DNA of 63,723 nt, the filler included, from Lama guanicoe (Eukaryota), in assembly GCA_013239625.1 (NCBI GenBank). It is 183 parts of 183 records of this genome, joined end to end, with 100 filler letters (N's around TTAATTAATTAA, not from the genome) between each part and the next. Parts side by side here need not be neighbours in the genome. Positions count along the whole stretch, not along the records: positions 61,032 to 61,280 come from PNXV01048159.1; positions 61,381 to 61,629 come from PNXV01048160.1; positions 61,730 to 61,978 come from PNXV01048161.1; positions 62,079 to 62,327 come from PNXV01048162.1; positions 62,428 to 62,676 come from PNXV01048163.1; positions 62,777 to 63,025 come from PNXV01048164.1; positions 63,126 to 63,374 come from PNXV01048165.1; positions 63,475 to 63,723 come from PNXV01048166.1; 175 more parts are not named here. One strand, written 5' to 3'. Of this stretch, positions 60,932 to 63,723 are shown one piece after another. Position numbers and translations under genes: made by a program. How positions within the stretch are numbered: position 1 is the first letter of the stretch; each line of letters starts with the position of its first letter. The notes below the pieces were generated by a model, which saw only the letters and a list, made by a program, of their open reading frames with translations, was not told where the DNA came from and ran no database searches.

Positions 60932-63127
60932 NNNNNNNNNNNNNNNNNNNNNNNNNNNNNNNNNNNNNNNNNNNNTTAATTAATTAANNNNNNNNNNNNN
61001 NNNNNNNNNNNNNNNNNNNNNNNNNNNNNNNTCATTGCCAACATGGCCTAAGATATCTCTTCACCTGAATTTTCCTTTAAGTGGAGTCCAAATGATTCCT
61101 TGATAATAGTTTTCATTCTAATTTCAGCCCTCAAATGAGAGTTAGAAATACTCTTATGAGCAATCACAAGGTCCCACACTGTGCCTTACAGTAGGAAATA
61201 TTTTCTGTAGGAGATGCCAGAGAGATGCAGTCTTTAAGAGTTGCTGGAGGGAGAAGCTTGAGAAAGAAAGTTGTTTAAAANNNNNNNNNNNNNNNNNNNN
61301 NNNNNNNNNNNNNNNNNNNNNNNNTTAATTAATTAANNNNNNNNNNNNNNNNNNNNNNNNNNNNNNNNNNNNNNNNNNNNTCTGAGCACACAGGAACTCT
61401 ACAGAGCCGTAGGCTTACTCCCAGCTCCCCTCCTGGGGCTCCCGCCACAGTGCTGGGTGTCCTCTGATACCCTCTGCTCCTGACTGTGGCCTGTCCACTG
61501 CCCCCAAATCAACCGACTCCACACCTCTCTGGGCTGCATCTGCACCCTCTACTCACCCTTCCAGCCCAACTGTAATCTGAATTTCAGTGCCACTCCTCTC
61601 TGCCTCACCACAGGTCATCTAAGGTCTTCNNNNNNNNNNNNNNNNNNNNNNNNNNNNNNNNNNNNNNNNNNNNTTAATTAATTAANNNNNNNNNNNNNNN
61701 NNNNNNNNNNNNNNNNNNNNNNNNNNNNNGCAGCTATAAAAAGATCTCTGTGAACCAATATAAAGTAATTTCCAGAATATACTATTATGTGAGGGAAGTA
61801 AGTGCAAAAGTGAGTATCTATAGTCATGTGCCTTTCATGTAAGAAAAAATATAAGAAAATATACATGTATCCACTCATTCACGCAAAAGAAATGCTGTCA
61901 GCCTTCCATATGTTGAGGTTCCACATCTGCAGATTCAACCAAATGCAGATTGAAAATATTCAGGAAAAAAATTCCAGANNNNNNNNNNNNNNNNNNNNNN
62001 NNNNNNNNNNNNNNNNNNNNNNTTAATTAATTAANNNNNNNNNNNNNNNNNNNNNNNNNNNNNNNNNNNNNNNNNNNNTGTGTATGTGTATGTATATGTG
62101 TGTATGTGTGCGTATGTGTGTGCGTGTTCTGCACCCCTTTTTTAGGGACGGTATTTGGGAGGGAAGCTACAATGGAATTAACAAGACGTCAGTTCTGCAT
62201 CGTGAATGATTTCTGTTGTCAGTAAGTCCCAGCCCCGTTTGTCTGTTAGGTTATTAATTACTTTCTCCCTCATATGTTTCAAAGAATCTAAGCGGGCAGG
62301 GTGGCTGTGCCTGTGGAGGGCAGCCTGNNNNNNNNNNNNNNNNNNNNNNNNNNNNNNNNNNNNNNNNNNNNTTAATTAATTAANNNNNNNNNNNNNNNNN
62401 NNNNNNNNNNNNNNNNNNNNNNNNNNNGCATCCCACATCCCCACTGCTCACCTGTGTCAGACCACCTTCCATCTAGCAACATTTTCGGTGGGACACTTGA
62501 ATGAGAACTAATTACAGCAGTAATGAAATTGGTCCCATGAACATAGGCTCTGCACAACAAGGATGCTTTGATCGAAGGCCTCAGCTGTGGCCTGCAGGAT
62601 CTGTTCATGTGTTCTGCCTGGCTTCATTGCAGACGTTGTGCAGAAAATCAAGCCTGTAGTTAAAGTCATAGAAGGCNNNNNNNNNNNNNNNNNNNNNNNN
62701 NNNNNNNNNNNNNNNNNNNNTTAATTAATTAANNNNNNNNNNNNNNNNNNNNNNNNNNNNNNNNNNNNNNNNNNNNTTTTTTTTTACCTGTTTAAGTTGT
62801 GCTTCATTTAAGTTGAGGGAAATGAGTCACATAAAATTTTGATTTTAAAAATTACATGTGATGTATTTTGAGTGAAAAAAAAATCACTCAACAAATGTCT
62901 CTCTCTAGTATTTGAAGTGTCTACACCACCATCTCAAATGAGACCTGAGCCTCATTTTATCACCTGTGGAAATGATAGGAGTTAAGCCTAAAGGTTGCAA
63001 GTGCCAGATCAAGAAAGAAGATGTTNNNNNNNNNNNNNNNNNNNNNNNNNNNNNNNNNNNNNNNNNNNNTTAATTAATTAANNNNNNNNNNNNNNNNNNN
63101 NNNNNNNNNNNNNNNNNNNNNNNNNTC

Positions 63128-63186
63128 GCCAACATGATGCACAAGGTGGAGGTCTGGAAGCGGTGCAACCTGTCTGAGTTCATCAT
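63128..63186 (+). CDS. Candidate coding exon 3' end, gene not identified
   Basis: A single open frame, ANMMHKVEVWKRCNLSEFI, with strong GC3 bias, ending at a consensus GTGAGT donor (63187-63192). The other two plus-strand frames hit stops. Confidence 0.5.
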
Positions 63187-63723
63187 GTGAGTGTTGTTGT
63201 GCATGCCCTGCCCACAGCCGGCCCACGCCCACCCATGACCTGCCTACTCTTTGCCCACAGCCCATCTGTATCCTGCTGACAGTCTGTCCCAAGCCTACTC
63301 ATGGCATCTGTGCTCCCCGTGCTCTGAGGTCCCTTCCAAGCCTCACATCCCCCGACTCCCCTCACTTGTTGTGGNNNNNNNNNNNNNNNNNNNNNNNNNN
63401 NNNNNNNNNNNNNNNNNNTTAATTAATTAANNNNNNNNNNNNNNNNNNNNNNNNNNNNNNNNNNNNNNNNNNNNGTTGTATTTTTCTGTTATTTCTGCTG
63501 TTGTTGTTGTTTGATGTCCTGTCTATTTTTGTGTCCTATTGATATTCTGCATCTGACACTGAATGATTAGAGATTACAAGTCCACCAGGATGATGGCAGC
63601 TGAATCTCTCAACACCGATTTCAGAGGGCTAGGGATTATGCTAGAGTCAACAAAACCATGCAGAACGCTTCCCGTGAAGAACCAGGGGCCACACAACACT
63701 GGACTCCTGGTGGTTTGTATTTA

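Noticed and set aside
395..63365. Dozens of 60-100 aa ORFs ending in X-runs plus LIN or N
   Set aside because: They reach the length threshold only by reading through Ns and terminate in the synthetic linker. Apart from those listed as features, they show no recognisable protein motifs.
249..63474. Regularly spaced identical palindromic repeat with unique intervening sequences, superficially like a CRISPR array or integron cassette array
   Set aside because: The repeat is a six-frame-stop linker embedded in N runs. The intervening pieces are mammalian genomic contigs, and there are no cas or integron integrase genes. It is an assembly artefact.

Overview
This window is not a contiguous locus. 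It is an artificial concatenation of about 183 unrelated 248-249 bp contigs, each joined to the next by the same synthetic 100-nt spacer (N44-TTAATTAATTAA-N44), whose 12-mer puts stop codons in all six frames. Most ORFs in the supplied track that run into X's and end in LIN/N are spacer artefacts. The fragments are mammalian genomic DNA, most likely camelid (camel, alpaca or llama), because several carry the tRNA-derived Vic-1-type SINE. Much of the content is LINE-1, LTR/ERV, MIR/L2 and DNA-transposon debris plus satellites. Recognisable gene pieces: an acidic BPTF exon with its splice donor, a complete 93-nt nebulin (NEB) Z-disk repeat exon missed by the ORF track, an OR5-family olfactory receptor segment with DRY changed to EHY, a SLAM-family IgV exon, an ERV1-type integrase C-terminus, a 7SK retropseudogene, a probable SSBP3 5'UTR, and a frameshifted, intron-retaining otoferlin (OTOF)-like exon that suggests a duplicated OTOF pseudogene. 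Six contig pairs are near-identical, and four of them share exactly 49 identical nt at both ends, a de Bruijn bubble signature. I found no evidence of a novel multi-gene system, and neighbourhood inference is invalid because adjacency here is artificial. All gene and repeat names come from recalled sequence, not database searches.
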